A stretch of DNA of 64,000 nt from Promethearchaeota archaeon (GTDB lineage Archaea; Asgardarchaeota; Lokiarchaeia; Sigyniarchaeales; SOKP01): NCBI GenBank assembly GCA_048938855.1, contig JBHLLT010000004.1, forward strand, positions 96,001 to 160,000, read 5' to 3'. The position numbers were made by a program, and so were the translations under genes. Shown here one piece after another: positions 1-10,781 of the stretch (the first letter of the stretch is position 1; each line of letters starts with the position of its first letter). The notes beneath the pieces were generated by a model. That model was not told where the DNA came from. It worked only from the letters and a program-made list of their open reading frames with translations, and ran no database searches.

Positions 1-243
1 AAGGGTAAAACTTTAGAGCAAATCCAAGAAGAGAGATAATTTAAAAAGGTCTCAAAAATAAATCAAATATAATTTTTTTTAATTATTTTTCTCAATTTTT
101 AAATATTTTTACTTGTTTCTAGGAAAAATGCGTGTTTAATTTTTTTATAGGATAAGATTTTAAGCTATGGTTTTTAGAAGTATTATATAAAAATCTAAAA
201 TATCAATAATTTTAGTAAAAACTAAAGCAATGTGTGAAGACAA

Positions 244-1962
244 ATGGAAATCGATGAAGATTTAATGTCAAATACTCGCGTAGCATATATTTCCATGGAG
301 ATTGCTGTCGATTCTAATATTCCTACATATAGTGGAGGCTTAGGCGTATTATCTGGAGACACAGTACGATCTGCTGCAGATTTAGAAATACCTATGGTAG
401 GAATTTGTTTATGTTATAGTTCTGGATATTTTTATCAGTTTTTCAATGAATTTGGAGAACAAAAAGAAAAAGAAATCGCATGGAATTTTTATTATGAGTT
501 TGAGAAAGTAGAAAAGCCAATTACTTTGAAAATTGAGAATAAGGATGTTCATGTTAGTGCATGGTTATACCGTGTAATAGGACAATCAGGTCATGTGCTT
601 CCAATTTACCTATTAACTACTGATGTAGAGGGAAATGAGGATTGGATGAAAAGGATGACTGGTTCTTTATATGATAGTACAAGTCGATGGAATAGAATAG
701 TCCAAGAGATGATTCTAGGAATAGGAGGAGTAAAACTTTTAAAGTCATTGGGATACAATAATATTGAAACCTACCATCTAAATGAAGGTCATGGGTCATT
801 TTCTACCATAGAATTATATAAGGAATTAGGGAGTATTGAAAAAGTTAAAGAAAAAGTAGCCTTTACAACCCATACACCTGTACCAGCTGGACATGATCGA
901 TTCAGCCAAGATTTAATTGATAAAGTCTTTGAAAATAGAATGCCAAAAGAAATACGAAAGCTTGCGGATGACAACGGAGAATTTAATATGACATTCTTAG
1001 GTATGGCTTTATCAAGATATAGAAATGCAGTAGCAAGGAAACATGGAGATATCTCACGAAAAATGTTCCCTCAATATGAAATTGATTATATTACTAACGG
1101 AATTCACTTACCTTTTTGGGTTTCTAAACCATTCCGGAAGATATTCAGTAGAAAATGGCCTAATTGGAGAGCTAACCCATCTGTCCTTGAAAATGCTGTT
1201 GAATTAGATCCACTTGATATTTTTGATGCACACATCGAAAATAAATTCAATCTTATTAATTATCAAAAAGGACATTCTTGGAACCTATTGGATGAAGAAT
1301 TAACAACTATTGGTTTTGCGCGACGTTTTGCTACATATAAACGGGCAGTATTAATTTTTCATGATATAGATAGGCTAGGTAAGATAGCACAAGATCATCT
1401 TCAATTTATTTTTGCAGGGAAAGCTCATCCAAAAGATGTAGAAGGAAAGCAATATATTAAGAAGATTCATCAAGCGGGAGAATATTTGTATAATAATTAT
1501 GGTGTGAAAGTGGTAATGATGGAAAATTATAATATGGATCTTTCTCATTTACTTGTTTCTGGTGTGGATATTTGGCTTAATACACCCAATAGGTATCGTG
1601 AAGCAAGTGGAACAAGTGGGATGAAAGCGGCTCTCAATGGTGTATTGAATTTATCAGTTCAAGATGGATGGTGGTTAGAAGGCTATAAAATGAATAAATT
1701 AGCAGGTTGGGCAATTGGACCTAATGATTCTAATCCAGAAGACTCAGGAGTCTCGAATGACTGGGACATTGATTCAAATGCTCTTTATGAAATCCTCGAA
1801 AATGAAGTAATACCAACTTATCTGAACCATGATGAGTGGATCTTTAGACAACAAAATGCACTATCCCTTGCAGCCTATTTTAATACACATAGAATGATTC
1901 TCGATTATGCAGAGAAAGCTTATCGGTTAAAAAGGCAGAATAGATGGAAATATGTTAAATAA
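244..1962 (+). CDS. glgP: alpha-glucan (glycogen/maltodextrin) phosphorylase
   Basis: YSGGLGVL, HLNEGH, FTTHTP, GFARRFATYKR and EASGTSGMKA (PLP-lysine) motifs of GT35 phosphorylases. Confidence 0.95.
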   Translation: MEIDEDLMSNTRVAYISMEIAVDSNIPTYSGGLGVLSGDTVRSAADLEIPMVGICLCYSSGYFYQFFNEFGEQKEKEIAWNFYYEFEKVEKPITLKIENKDVHVSAWLYRVIGQSGHVLPIYLLTTDVEGNEDWMKRMTGSLYDSTSRWNRIVQEMILGIGGVKLLKSLGYNNIETYHLNEGHGSFSTIELYKELGSIEKVKEKVAFTTHTPVPAGHDRFSQDLIDKVFENRMPKEIRKLADDNGEFNMTFLGMALSRYRNAVARKHGDISRKMFPQYEIDYITNGIHLPFWVSKPFRKIFSRKWPNWRANPSVLENAVELDPLDIFDAHIENKFNLINYQKGHSWNLLDEELTTIGFARRFATYKRAVLIFHDIDRLGKIAQDHLQFIFAGKAHPKDVEGKQYIKKIHQAGEYLYNNYGVKVVMMENYNMDLSHLLVSGVDIWLNTPNRYREASGTSGMKAALNGVLNLSVQDGWWLEGYKMNKLAGWAIGPNDSNPEDSGVSNDWDIDSNALYEILENEVIPTYLNHDEWIFRQQNALSLAAYFNTHRMILDYAEKAYRLKRQNRWKYVK

Positions 1963-2004
1963 GATATCCAATACTGCTAATTTTCTTTTTTATCAATCTA
2001 TTTC

Positions 2005-2520
2005 CTAAGTACTTATTAATTCAAATGGACGAATTTTAATATATTCATCAAAATTCTTTTGATCCAAATAGTCCTCAAAAGTTTGTTTTAAAACTGATTC
2101 TAAAGTGGAAACGCCAGAGACTAATCCGTTTAGGTCTTTTGATAAAAGGAGAATATATTCTGAACTTGCTTTAAGATAAAAAGACTCAGGATTTAATTCA
2201 TGATTTAATTGCTTCTCAATGATTTCATTTGTTTTTTTAACAATCCCTGGGGTTGTGAATATTACAATTAAGAATTTATCAGAATATTCCTGTTTTAAGT
2301 AGGAATCTCTTATCCCCGCAGCGTGTAATGCTATTTTTGTGTATGATTTAATTAGATACTGAAGACGAGTCAATTCTTTTCTAAATTTGCTCTTGTTATG
2401 GAAAAAGATGAATTCACTATTTAATTCTAAGGGATCTTCATTAAAATAAGTAATTTTTATTGGAGCTTTTTTAAATTTAAATTCTTTGAGGAATGTCGAC
2501 ATTTTAATTACCATTCTCAA
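2005..2520 (-). CDS. hypothetical protein resembling the GH20 N-terminal (domain 2) fold
   Basis: ESFYLKASSEYILLLSKDLNGLVSGVSTL resembles the E-x-Y-x-L...G-x-x-x-G-x-x-TL signature; no catalytic barrel follows. Confidence 0.5.
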   Translation of the reverse strand: MRMVIKMSTFLKEFKFKKAPIKITYFNEDPLELNSEFIFFHNKSKFRKELTRLQYLIKSYTKIALHAAGIRDSYLKQEYSDKFLIVIFTTPGIVKKTNEIIEKQLNHELNPESFYLKASSEYILLLSKDLNGLVSGVSTLESVLKQTFEDYLDQKNFDEYIKIRPFELIST

Positions 2521-2608
2521 TAGATTTATTTAATTATAGTAAATTTCATTTAATAAAAAACTTCATCATTATAGCTTGTAAAGTAATTGAGAATTAATTA
2601 TATAAATT

Positions 2609-3598
2609 ATGAAATTCGGTAAACTAAATTTAGAAAATAGGTATATGCTGGCACCTATGCTAAATGTTACAACAGCACCATATCGGAGATTTTGTAGAAA
2701 AATTCAAAAAATTGGTTTAGTATTTGTGCCAATGCTTTACACTAAAAAAATCGAAAAGAATCCTAAAAATATTGAGAAAGATCTGTTTAAAATTGAAGAA
2801 GAACGCCCTATTGGGGTTCAATTAATAGGTTCTGATCCTAAAGCACTTAAAAATACCATCGATTATCTTGATAGTTTTGGATTTGATTTGTTAGATTTAA
2901 ATGCCGGATGTCCCTCAAAGAGAGCTATCAAAGCCCAAGAAGGGGGATATTTGATGAAGGATTTAGATAAATTAGAGATTCTAATTAATACTGCAGTAAA
3001 ATATTCTTCTAGGCCTGTTTCACTAAAAATAAGAACAGGTTTTGAGAAACCTGTTGATATCGGAAAGTTAACAGACATAGTAAATAATTCTGGAATTAAC
3101 CTACTAATTGTTCATGCTAGAACTGTTTTAAGTAAGTTTAACGATGAAACATTAGATTTAGATACAATTAAAACAATGAAGGAAAATATTTTGGTACCGG
3201 TTGTTGGAAATGGCAACATTATCAATCCTGTCACTGCTAAACGCTTTATAGACTATACTCATGTTGATGCGTTTATGATCGGTAGAGAATCGATGGGAAA
3301 TCCAGAGATTTTTAATCAAATCCATGAATATCTAATAAATAATCAGCTTGTTTTCTTCAAAAATAACAAGAAAATTATGGAAAAATATGTTAATATGTAT
3401 GAAAAATGTATAGATGAGTTCCTTTATGAGATTAATCACCCCATAGATAATAAACTCATAAAATTTATAGAATTAAAAAGAAATTCGATATGGCTATCTA
3501 AAAATATCAATAGATCGACAGAAATTAGAAATAAATTAAGTAAGGCTAAAAATATAGTTCAATTAAAAGAGATTTTGAATAATTACTTTAATAAATAA
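2609..3598 (+). CDS. dus: tRNA-dihydrouridine synthase family protein
   Basis: LAPM, VQLIG, DLNAGCP, SLKIRTG, VHAR, GNGNI and MIGR motifs. Confidence 0.92.
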   Translation: MKFGKLNLENRYMLAPMLNVTTAPYRRFCRKIQKIGLVFVPMLYTKKIEKNPKNIEKDLFKIEEERPIGVQLIGSDPKALKNTIDYLDSFGFDLLDLNAGCPSKRAIKAQEGGYLMKDLDKLEILINTAVKYSSRPVSLKIRTGFEKPVDIGKLTDIVNNSGINLLIVHARTVLSKFNDETLDLDTIKTMKENILVPVVGNGNIINPVTAKRFIDYTHVDAFMIGRESMGNPEIFNQIHEYLINNQLVFFKNNKKIMEKYVNMYEKCIDEFLYEINHPIDNKLIKFIELKRNSIWLSKNINRSTEIRNKLSKAKNIVQLKEILNNYFNK

Positions 3599-3626
3599 TC
3601 GCAAAAATTGCAAATGTTGAAGTTGT

Positions 3627-3845
3627 TCAGAGTTTCTTGATAAAAAATAGAGCAATCAATAAACAGGCAAGTATTCCACTAATAATAGAGATAATGATTA
3701 ATATTAAACTAATTATTTCAATAGCAAACAAAAATGAAGGACTTCCAGAATTTGCTACAGCTGAAATGATAATGAAAATTACCAGACATAATACTGTTAA
3801 TACAGCAAGAAGTATCCCAACTTGAAGAAATTTTTTCCGTTCCAT
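3627..3845 (-). CDS. small two-TM membrane protein
   Basis: 72 aa, two hydrophobic segments, basic termini. Confidence 0.6.
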   Translation of the reverse strand: MERKKFLQVGILLAVLTVLCLVIFIIISAVANSGSPSFLFAIEIISLILIIISIISGILACLLIALFFIKKL

Positions 3846-3889
3846 AATATAAACCTTGAAAATTATGTATAAAAAATAAATTAAAATGA

Positions 3890-4909
3890 TTATTTATATT
3901 TTTTTAAAAGCTCCTCTGGTGAAAATACTCCATCCTCAGTAATTATACCAGTTACTAATCTAAAAGGCGTAATATCAAAAGCGTAATTTAAACACTCCAC
4001 ACCATCTGGAATTATTTGCACTTTTCCTAATACATTGCTTACTTCTGTACAATCTCGTTGTTCAATTTTTACATCATCAATTGTTTCCTGAAGAGATAAA
4101 GTGGATGTTGGAGCAGCTACATAAAATGGTATGTTATTATCTTTCGCAGCAAGAGCAACTAAGTATGTGCCTATTTTATTGAATACAGCATCAGAAGTTA
4201 CTCTGTCAGTTCCGACAATAACTTTATTTATTTTCCCAAGTCTCATTATTAATCCAGATGAAGTATCAGATATTACTTTTACCGGAATTTTATCATAATG
4301 CAATTCATATGCTGTTAATCTAGCCCCTTGTAATCTAGGTCTAGTTTCATCCGCGATCACGCTGATTTTTTTCCCATCTTCAATTGCGGCTCTAATAGGT
4401 GCTAATGCTGTTCCATACTGAACCGTTGCCAGTGAACCAGCATTGCAATGAGTTAAAATTACATCCCCATCATCCAATAGAGCTGAACCATTCTTACCAA
4501 TACTTTTATTAACATTGATATCTTCTTGAGCCATTAATTTTGCTTCTTCAATAACTAATTCAGAAATGCTTGGAGGATTATCTGGATAAGTACTGATGAT
4601 CTCCCATATTCTGTTAACAGCCCAAAACAGATTTGAAGCGGTTGGTCGTGTATTTCTTATAATATTAGCAGCTTCTTCCATTTTTTTTAGAAATTCAGTC
4701 TTAGGAAGGTTTTTATATTCAATCGTTGCTAGGGCCATTCCCATGGCTGCCGCAACTCCGATTGCTGGAGCCCCACGTATATTCATTACCTTAATTGATT
4801 TTGCCACATCTCTAAAATCCTCAAACTCGAGAAATTCAAGTTTGTGAGGAAGGATCGTTTGGTCAATCATCTTTACTTTATTATCAATCCATTCAATTGA
4901 AGGAATCAT
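3890..4909 (-). CDS. mtnA: methylthioribose-1-phosphate isomerase (eIF2B-like family)
   Basis: IRGAPAIG, RPTASNL, LTHCNAGSLAT, DETRPRLQGARLT, NKIGTY and FDITP motifs; start moved to MIPSIEW at 4909. Confidence 0.92.
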   Translation of the reverse strand: MIPSIEWIDNKVKMIDQTILPHKLEFLEFEDFRDVAKSIKVMNIRGAPAIGVAAAMGMALATIEYKNLPKTEFLKKMEEAANIIRNTRPTASNLFWAVNRIWEIISTYPDNPPSISELVIEEAKLMAQEDINVNKSIGKNGSALLDDGDVILTHCNAGSLATVQYGTALAPIRAAIEDGKKISVIADETRPRLQGARLTAYELHYDKIPVKVISDTSSGLIMRLGKINKVIVGTDRVTSDAVFNKIGTYLVALAAKDNNIPFYVAAPTSTLSLQETIDDVKIEQRDCTEVSNVLGKVQIIPDGVECLNYAFDITPFRLVTGIITEDGVFSPEELLKKYK

Positions 4910-5018
4910 AAATATTATGAATTTGTGGCAATTTATATGCTTAATTAATATAAAAAGAACTTTTTTAGGTTGTTTCAAAATATATCTTGAATCTTAAAAA
5001 TTATTAAGTTAATCTAAT

Positions 5019-5891
5019 TTGATGAATGAAATAAAAGTATCCCCTATTATCTCTTGTAGCAGAAGAACTGATATTCCTGCATTTTTAATGGATTGGGTTA
5101 TTCAACAAATAGAAAAGGGGTATGTAGATGTTGCTAATCCGTTTAATCGAAATCAAATTTCCCGTATATCTTTAAATCCTAAAGACGTCAAATGTTGGGT
5201 TTGGTGGTCTAAGAATTTTGAAAATTGGATTAAAAAATTTAAGGAAAAAATGCACATATTCAATAGATATAAGGGACATTCATTTCAATTTACAATTAAT
5301 TCTCCTTCTGAATTAGAAAATAATGTAAAAATTTCTTTAGAGAAAAGGTTTCAACAATTAGAATGGTTAATAAATGAATTTGGTTTAATTGCGATAAATT
5401 ACAGATTTGATCCAATTATCCTATATAAAAAGTATAGTTCTAATAAAGTTGAAAGTAATTTAGAAAAATTCGAGTATATTATTGAAAATGTTTCCGCTCT
5501 TGGGTTAAAACAAATGATTTTTTCTTTTGCAACGATTTATGATAAAGTTAAAACTCGTATGAATGCTAGGGGTTATATGCCAATTGATCTTCCTATTGAA
5601 AAGAAAAAAGAAATTCTCCATAACATGGTAGACGTATGTGCAAAGAACAATATTAAGATGTATGCTTGTTGTCAACCGGATTTATATGATATAGAGGGAG
5701 TTGAGCAAGCACATTGTATCGATGCGTATAAAATAGAAAAAATTGTTGGAGAAAATATACCTAAAATAAGAGATACAGGTCAAAGAAGAGATTGTGGATG
5801 CTTTAAATCGAAAGATATTGGAGGCTATTCTGGAATTTTTCGCTGTAAACATAATTGTAGTTATTGTTATGCCTCACCAGCAAAGAGATAA
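5019..5891 (+). CDS. DUF1848 family protein (Cys-rich C-terminus)
   Basis: IISCSRRTDIPAF N-terminus, RFDPI, and QRRDCGC...SKDIG...CKHNCSYCYA. Confidence 0.85.
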   Translation: MMNEIKVSPIISCSRRTDIPAFLMDWVIQQIEKGYVDVANPFNRNQISRISLNPKDVKCWVWWSKNFENWIKKFKEKMHIFNRYKGHSFQFTINSPSELENNVKISLEKRFQQLEWLINEFGLIAINYRFDPIILYKKYSSNKVESNLEKFEYIIENVSALGLKQMIFSFATIYDKVKTRMNARGYMPIDLPIEKKKEILHNMVDVCAKNNIKMYACCQPDLYDIEGVEQAHCIDAYKIEKIVGENIPKIRDTGQRRDCGCFKSKDIGGYSGIFRCKHNCSYCYASPAKR

Positions 5892-5900
5892 GAAATAATT

Positions 5901-6356
5901 CTATTTGTTATTTCTAGAAAACTGTTTAGATAATTCCCAGAATGGTGGAACAAGTCCAAGGTCATATAATATATCATAAAAGCAAAAAGCACCCCATTGA
6001 TCTATAATTTTGCCATTTGAATTTATATATAAAATCGTAGCTCCTTCAAAAGAAACACTTTTTCCTGAAGGATCAAAACCCCATCCTTTACCTAGATGTG
6101 TTCCATGCCCTTCGTAGCGAATCCAAACTTTATTTTCTTCCCCTTTTATTTCAATAACTTTATATATTAAATCTGGAAAGATAGTTCGAAAATGATTAAT
6201 TTCGTGTTTTATTTGGGCAGGTCCAATTTTATCTATTTGAATCCAACTTGGATTATAATTAGGATCAATAATCTCATCAGCAATATTAAGATCCGGTTTA
6301 CTCCACATCTCTTCAAAAAACAATCTACCTATTTTTTCAGTTTCTTCAATTTTCAT
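5901..6356 (-). CDS. SnoaL-like ester cyclase family protein
   Basis: FPDL, GTHLG...PSGKSVSFEG and GKII motifs. Confidence 0.85.
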   Translation of the reverse strand: MKIEETEKIGRLFFEEMWSKPDLNIADEIIDPNYNPSWIQIDKIGPAQIKHEINHFRTIFPDLIYKVIEIKGEENKVWIRYEGHGTHLGKGWGFDPSGKSVSFEGATILYINSNGKIIDQWGAFCFYDILYDLGLVPPFWELSKQFSRNNK

Positions 6357-6523
6357 TTTATAAGAGTATATTTCAACTTTTTAAATTATAAATACAATTA
6401 TATTAAATACAATTTTATTGAATATTAAGGAAAAACCGAAATTAATACAAATAAAAAACGATTCAGTATTTATACTATATATAACATTATTGTTGAGGTT
6501 TTTATCAATATAGAGGTAATTTT

Positions 6524-7408
6524 ATGCCGAAATGTAAATTTTTTATAGTCGATGTATTTGCTGAAAGAAGATTTGAAGGAAATCAACTTGCTGTTTTTAT
6601 TTGTGAGGAAGTACTTTTTGAAGCTGAAATGCAAAAAATAGCTAAAGAGATGAACTATTCAGAGACAACGTTTATTACTTCGAAAGAGAATTATAATGTT
6701 CGTATTTTTACTCCAGAAGTCGAATTGCCTTTTGCAGGACATCCTACAATTGGAACTGCTTTTATAATTCAACAAGAACTAATTAAGGGAAATATAAAGA
6801 CAATTCTACTTAACCTTAAAATTGGACCAATCCCAGTTTTGTTTAAATACAAATCTGGAAAACCTGATTTAATTTGGATGGAACAAAATCCTCCATCTTT
6901 TGGTAAATTTTTTGATACAGAAACAATTTCTGAGATCTTAAGACTTGAGGAACATGATATTGATGATAGATTTCCAATTCAAGAAGTTTCTACTGGTGGA
7001 CCTTTCATTATAGTTCCTTTAAAGACATTAGATGCTTTGAAGCGAACAAAAGTTGATATAGATAAGTGTTTTGATCTATTGGAAAAGACTGAAGCAAAAT
7101 CAATTCTAATTTTCTGCCCTGAAACAAGAAAAAAGGGAACTGATTTAAGTGTACGCGTTTTTGCTCATTATCATGGTATTCCCGAAGATCCTGCCACAGG
7201 AAGCGGTAATGGATGCTTAGCTGCCTATTTAGTGAAACACGATTATTTCAATAAAAAGCGTATAGATATTAAAGTTGAACAGGGGTATGAAGTAGGAAGA
7301 CCTTCATTACTTTACTTAAGAGCAGAAGAAAACGATGAAGGGCAAATTAGTGTATCTGTAGGAGGAAAAGTCATCCTTACTGCAACTGGTGAATTAATAG
7401 ATAATTAA
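6524..7408 (+). CDS. PhzF family isomerase
   Basis: VDVFA, GNQLAV, SETTF, RIFTP.ELPFAGHPT, EDPATGSG and EQG motifs. Confidence 0.93.
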   Translation: MPKCKFFIVDVFAERRFEGNQLAVFICEEVLFEAEMQKIAKEMNYSETTFITSKENYNVRIFTPEVELPFAGHPTIGTAFIIQQELIKGNIKTILLNLKIGPIPVLFKYKSGKPDLIWMEQNPPSFGKFFDTETISEILRLEEHDIDDRFPIQEVSTGGPFIIVPLKTLDALKRTKVDIDKCFDLLEKTEAKSILIFCPETRKKGTDLSVRVFAHYHGIPEDPATGSGNGCLAAYLVKHDYFNKKRIDIKVEQGYEVGRPSLLYLRAEENDEGQISVSVGGKVILTATGELIDN

Positions 7409-7430
7409 AAAAATAAATTATTTTAAGTTT

Positions 7431-8549
7431 TTAAACACTCGTTCTATATGCTTTGACTTTTTTTATTAAGGCATTTACTTCCGCTGGATGTGAAAATAAC
7501 GCACACGGAGATCCATTAGTTTCTAATAAATGCTCACTTTCCCTAATTACCTTAAACAATTGACTATTCAAGCCTTCTCTTAGTGAATTTTTAGTAAGGT
7601 TATGAGTTGCAATATTAGAAACGGGGCATGGTGTTAAATCTCCTAATGGGGTAATATGAGCAAATCCCCTCCCTGCTGAGACACAACCCCCCATATATTC
7701 TTCATCTCCAGGTGAATGTAAAAGAAATATTTCTTTATTTTCTCGATAATCTAAAATTTTTTCTCTAAATTTCTTACTTTCCTCACTAGTAAGCATTAAT
7801 TCTGTGTCATTATCTACTGGTATATATTCAAGAAGGAAAGCTAGTCGTATCCCCTTAGAAATTAATTCGTCAATATGTTTGGAATCCATCCAAAACTTGA
7901 AGTTCTTTCGATTAATTGTTACCGAAATTCCGCTAATAATTCCTTTATCATCTAACTCGTTAATAGTATTAATAGCTTTTTCATAAACTCCCGAACCTCT
8001 TCGTTTATCTGTCAAATCTTGATCCCCTTCAATACTGACCATAATTATTGTATTTCTTAACCGCTTAAGTTTTTCAAAATCTTGATTATTTAGCATTGTT
8101 CCATTTGTAAAAATTAAGAATAATCTATCTTTGAATTCTTCACTAATTTTTAGTAGGTTGGGGAGCAGGAAAGGTTCACCACCTGCTATTATAAAAGCAA
8201 ACACACCCAATTCTTTTGCCTGGTTTATTATTTCAATCCACTGCTCTAAATCTAAAGTTTTTTTAGAATTTTGCTTGCATAATGTACCTGTTGCTGCCGC
8301 ATAGCAACCTGCACATTTGAGATTACAATTTGAAGTTATACTTAAAATTAGGAAGGGAGGAACTTTAAGACCTTTAATTAGCTCTTCCCCTCTTATTTTA
8401 CGCGACTTTTTATAGGCTTTAGCCAATTTCACCATAATGTACATACTTTTTGGATGCTTTAAAATCCAGGGCATAAAGATTTTTGCCATTGAGGGATCGA
8501 CTTTCTTCAAGGTACGGTTGATATAATTTGCGTTTATTTCATCCATCAT
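7431..8549 (-). CDS. radical SAM/SPASM-type protein
   Basis: CNLKCAGC, GGEP, FTNG; C-terminal GCVSAGRG...PCP. Confidence 0.9.
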   Translation of the reverse strand: MMDEINANYINRTLKKVDPSMAKIFMPWILKHPKSMYIMVKLAKAYKKSRKIRGEELIKGLKVPPFLILSITSNCNLKCAGCYAAATGTLCKQNSKKTLDLEQWIEIINQAKELGVFAFIIAGGEPFLLPNLLKISEEFKDRLFLIFTNGTMLNNQDFEKLKRLRNTIIMVSIEGDQDLTDKRRGSGVYEKAINTINELDDKGIISGISVTINRKNFKFWMDSKHIDELISKGIRLAFLLEYIPVDNDTELMLTSEESKKFREKILDYRENKEIFLLHSPGDEEYMGGCVSAGRGFAHITPLGDLTPCPVSNIATHNLTKNSLREGLNSQLFKVIRESEHLLETNGSPCALFSHPAEVNALIKKVKAYRTSV

Positions 8550-8787
8550 ATATTCAATATTTATTCTGTTCTTAGATTAAAATTAATATGAGTTTTGATT
8601 TTATTATTAAAAAAATTATGCTTAACTTATAATTTCAGTAGTCCAATTTTTACCGAACTAAAAAAAAGATTTCCACATAAGTGTCTAATGATTATTGCTA
8701 AAGATAACATATAAAAAGGAAGAACCTGAAGTCTTATGAAATATGATAAAAAAATAAATAAATCTTCTAATTTTAAAATTTTATAAA

Positions 8788-9318
8788 TTGCATGAGGAAT
8801 ATAAATTGAATAATCATACTAATGAAAAAACTAAAGAAAAACTTCCTCTGGTAGGTATTGGTCCTAAATTACTTATAGTTATGTGTCCACTTTTCGTTTT
8901 ATTAGGCATTTTGAATTCAATTTATTATCCTTTTTTTCAAATTACAATATATTATTATTTACTGGTTATTATTGGAGCTGGATTAGTAACAATGGGTATG
9001 ATAGTATTTATTTATTCTGAGAGAATGTTAAGTGTAGCACATGATTCATCAGATTTAGTTATCACAAAATTCTATGCATATGTTAGACATCCTATGTATG
9101 CTTCTTGGGGATTAGGAGTACTTCCTGGTATATTTTTCTTGATTAATAGTTGGTTATTCTTTTTAACTCTAATTATATATTATATATCTGTTAGAATCTT
9201 TATAAAAAAAGAAGAAAAATATTTAATGGAAAAATTTGGCAAAAAATATTTGCATTATAAAAAAAATGTAAATTTATTCTTTCCTAATGTGAAAAAATAT
9301 AAACCCGAACAACAATAA
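8788..9318 (+). CDS. isoprenylcysteine carboxylmethyltransferase/PEMT family membrane protein
   Basis: YAYVRHPMY and EEKYL..KFG..Y motifs, several TM segments. Confidence 0.85.
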   Translation: MHEEYKLNNHTNEKTKEKLPLVGIGPKLLIVMCPLFVLLGILNSIYYPFFQITIYYYLLVIIGAGLVTMGMIVFIYSERMLSVAHDSSDLVITKFYAYVRHPMYASWGLGVLPGIFFLINSWLFFLTLIIYYISVRIFIKKEEKYLMEKFGKKYLHYKKNVNLFFPNVKKYKPEQQ

Positions 9319-9330
9319 ACAACATTAGAT

Positions 9331-10770
9331 ATGAATATAAAGTTAAAATTTGCTGTATTAACCCTTTTTGTGGTTTTATTTCAGTCAGCTTTAAAAGTAA
9401 TTGGAGTCTTGATTACAGGTAGTCTAACTTTTTTATCTGAAACCGTTGATACTCTAACTGATATTTTATTTGTTTCTATAACATTATATTCACTTTATTA
9501 CAGTCAGAAACCAGCGGATTATGAGCATATGTATGGACATATGAAAGCTGATGCAATATCTGGATTGATTCAGGGTATACTTTTAATTAATATTTATGTT
9601 GTTTTGATTTATAATGCCATTCAAACAATCATCACATCTAATTTCCAAGTCGTTAATCCCGAATTTGGCTTAGTATTATTAATAATTTCATTTTTTGTAA
9701 ATTTGATTTTCTCAAGAGTTTTAATATCAAAAGGTAAGTCCCATAAAAGTATAACTTTAGAAATACAAGGTCTTAATTTATTTCAAGATTCGATGAGAGC
9801 TATTATTGTCTTTGTAAGTTTCATTTTTGCCTATTTTAATATCTTTTTTATCGATCCAATACTAAGTATTGTTCTTTCTGGTTGGATTATAATAGGAGCA
9901 TTCAGTTTAGCTAAAAAAGGGGTAAAAGAACTTACAGATACTAACCCCATTAGCACAATCATAACTGAAGAATTACGACAGAAAATATTTGGTTTAGAGC
10001 ACGTAATTGCTGTAAATGATGTAAAAATAAGGACAAGCGGTAAGACTTTATTTTTAGAAGTACATTTATCCGTTGAAGATCATATCTCAATTGTTCATGC
10101 AAATGAAAATATTATGTCTATAAGAAGCTTAAGTAAGAAATTATTTCCTTTATATGAAGTAGAATGTATAGTTGAAATGAACCCTATTGCCAGTGAAAAT
10201 TCTATAGGTGAAGGTTTGATTAATTTAATCTTTTCTATGAGGTCTGAATACCCAAAAGTCATTGATTTTAAGGATCTTAACATTTTTAGCATTGAAGATC
10301 AATATTTTATATCATTAACTGTTATTGTAGATGATAACCTCACTCTATCAGAAGCTCATCAAATCTGCTCACATTTTGAGGAAGAAATAATGAAACAAGC
10401 GCCGCGTATTTCTAGAGTTATAACTCATATAGAAGGGCAACCCTATAGTAGAGATTTAATACCAGGACAAATAAAATGTGCTGATGTCGGACCAGAAATG
10501 ATAAAGCAAATAAGTGAATCTGTTGAAAATGTGCTAAAGAAGCATCATAAAGTTAAAGGATATCATAGAATAGAATTTTGGGCAACTCTAGAATATTGTA
10601 TATTAGAAGCTCATATATTTTTCGATGGTTCATTAAATATTTCAGAAATACATAATTATATTTCTGAATTAGAAAATAACATTAGAGAAGAATTAGGTAT
10701 TGATAATTTAGACACAATATTTCTTCATTCAGAGCCAATAGAAGATCAGCAGGAAGGTATAATTTTCTAA
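9331..10770 (+). CDS. cation diffusion facilitator transporter with three C-terminal dimerisation-type domains
   Basis: 6 TM, PAD.EHMYGH.K, DPILS; repeated L...AH...HIE/HSEP domains. Confidence 0.88.
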   Translation: MNIKLKFAVLTLFVVLFQSALKVIGVLITGSLTFLSETVDTLTDILFVSITLYSLYYSQKPADYEHMYGHMKADAISGLIQGILLINIYVVLIYNAIQTIITSNFQVVNPEFGLVLLIISFFVNLIFSRVLISKGKSHKSITLEIQGLNLFQDSMRAIIVFVSFIFAYFNIFFIDPILSIVLSGWIIIGAFSLAKKGVKELTDTNPISTIITEELRQKIFGLEHVIAVNDVKIRTSGKTLFLEVHLSVEDHISIVHANENIMSIRSLSKKLFPLYEVECIVEMNPIASENSIGEGLINLIFSMRSEYPKVIDFKDLNIFSIEDQYFISLTVIVDDNLTLSEAHQICSHFEEEIMKQAPRISRVITHIEGQPYSRDLIPGQIKCADVGPEMIKQISESVENVLKKHHKVKGYHRIEFWATLEYCILEAHIFFDGSLNISEIHNYISELENNIREELGIDNLDTIFLHSEPIEDQQEGIIF

Positions 10771-10781
10771 TAAAAAGAGGT

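Noticed and set aside
3627-3845. 72 aa two-TM protein as a member of the selenoprotein family
   Set aside because: Similar topology only: no TGA or Cys in the loop, no SECIS, no clear sequence similarity
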